From Antedon mediterranea (Eukaryota > Animalia > Echinodermata), in contig NC_092678.1 in assembly GCF_964355755.1 (NCBI RefSeq), positions 10,724,352 through 10,788,351 on the forward strand: a DNA stretch of 64,000 nt, in the 5' to 3' direction. Within the stretch, counting starts at the first letter, position 1, and each line of letters starts with the position of its first letter. This document shows positions 62,801 through 64,000 of the stretch, piece after piece. The notes under the pieces were generated by a model, which was given only the letters and a program-made list of their open reading frames with translations, made no database searches and was not told the DNA's origin. The translations under genes and the position numbers were made by a program.

Positions 62801-64000
62801 ATTTTGTGCTCTTTGATGTTTTTGTGTAACCAAGTTTCATCGAAATGAACAAAATGGTCTAAAACGTCTCCAAATGCGATTTGAAGCTTTTCCAAGCACT
62901 TTGCTGTTTTTATGTTAACAAGTTTTTTCGAAAATCACAAAATTGTCTAAGACGTCTCAAAATGCGATTTGAAGGTATTCTGAGCACTTTGGTGTTTTTG
63001 TGTGAAAAGTTTTAACGAAAAGCTCAAAATGGTCTAAAACGGTTCTAATGTGATTTTAAGCACTTTGATGTTTTTGTACAACCAAGTTTCATCGAAATGC
63101 TCAAAATGGTCTAAAACGTTTTTAAAACGATATTAAGCTATTTTGTGCTCTTTGATGTTTTTGTGTAACCAAGTTTTTTCGAAAATCACAAAATGGTCTA
63201 AAACGTCTCCAAATGCGATTTGAAGCTTTTCTAAGCACTTTGGTGTTTTTATGTTAACAAGTTTTTTCGAAAATCACAAAATGGTCTAAAACGTCTCAAA
63301 ATGCGATTTGAAGGTATTCTGAGCACTTTGGTGTTTTTGTGTGAAAAGTTTTAACGAAATGCTCAAAATGGTCTAAAACGGTTTCTAATGTGATTTTAAC
63401 CACTTTGATGTTTTTGTGTAACCAAGTTCTTTTCGAAAATCACAAAATGGTCTAAAACGTCTCCAAATGCGATTTGAAGCTTTTCTAAGCACTTTGGTGT
63501 TTTTATGTTAACAAGTTTTTTCGAAAATCACAAAATGGTCTAAAACGTCTCAAAATGCGATTTGAAGGTATTCTGAGCACTTTGGTGTTTTTGTGTGAAA
63601 AGTTTTAACGAAATGCTCAAAATGGTCTAAAACGGTTTCTAATATGATTTTAACCACTTTGATGTTTTTGTGTAACCAAGTTTTTTCGAAAATCACAAAA
63701 TGGTCTAAAACGTCTCCAAATGCGATTTGAAGCTTTTCTAAGCACTTTGGTGTTTTTATGTTAACAAGTTTTTTCGAAAATCACAAAATGGTCTAAAACG
63801 TCTCCAAATGCGATTTGAAGCTATTCTGTACACTTTGATGTTTTGTGTGAAAAGTTTTAACGAAATGCTCAAAATTGTCTAAAACGGTTTCTAATGTGAT
63901 TTTAAGCACTTTGATGTTTTTGTAAAACCAAGTTTCATCGAAATGCACAAAATGGTCTAAAACGTCTCCAAATGCGATTTGAAGCTTTTCCAAGCACTTT
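59855..64000 (+). repeat. Further copy of ~11740-15885
   Basis: GGGTGAAAAG at 13506/61621 and ORFs at 15678/63793; both offsets are 48115. Confidence 0.8.

Larger units (their letters stand above)
5072..64000 (+). repeat. Satellite tandem array, right segment (same family, variable higher-order structure; runs off the right edge)
   Basis: The same core and monomer classes continue to the window end. Classes after the core: A GTTTTTAAAACGATATTAAGCTATTTTGTGCTC; B GTCTCCAAATGCGATTTGAAGCTTTTCTAAGC; C GTCTCAAAATGCGATTTGAAGGTATTCTGAGC; D GGTTTCTAATGTGATTTTAA(G/C)CAC (short, 77-79 bp); E ...GAAGATATTCTGAGC; F ...GAAGCTATTCTGTACAC; G GTTTTCCAATACCATATTAAGC. I saw no other foreign sequence and no inversion. 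Confidence 0.99.

Noticed and set aside
2173-63993. Recurrent 60-88 aa minus-strand ORFs (MEKLQIAFG..., MVKITLETV..., MHFDETW...)
   Set aside because: They are translations of 2-3 satellite monomers. Frames are broken by 77/79/88-bp units and homopolymer indels, and no domain is recognisable. They are useful only as duplication markers.
1-64000. CRISPR-like look of a constant core with variable intervening sequence
   Set aside because: The intervening segments are homologous variants reused many times, not unique spacers. There is no leader and no cas gene.

Overview
This is eukaryotic-type satellite DNA, not a gene-bearing region. About 62.9 kb of the 64 kb is one head-to-tail, single-orientation AT-rich tandem array. 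Monomers are 78-88 bp, share the core AAAATGGTCTAAAAC and number roughly 730-740 by length; one 88-bp monomer counted by hand is about 32% GC. They fall into a handful of variant classes arranged in irregular higher-order blocks. Rare variants reveal nested duplications at 176 bp, ~1.0 kb, 2.2 kb, ~9 kb, ~16 kb, ~25 kb, ~28 kb and ~48 kb spacing. The only non-satellite sequence is a 1,091-bp non-autonomous DNA transposon (MITE-like) at 3981-5071. It has 29-bp terminal inverted repeats (1 mismatch), an AGGT target-site duplication, internal copies of a 17-bp terminal motif and a central TAGGC/GCCTA palindromic tract. The paralogous empty site is visible at 20823-20826. No protein-coding gene, RNA gene or CRISPR array is supported, and all listed ORFs look like translations of repeat DNA. 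Centromeric function, host identity and transposon superfamily are inferences only. Block boundaries were traced by eye and are approximate.
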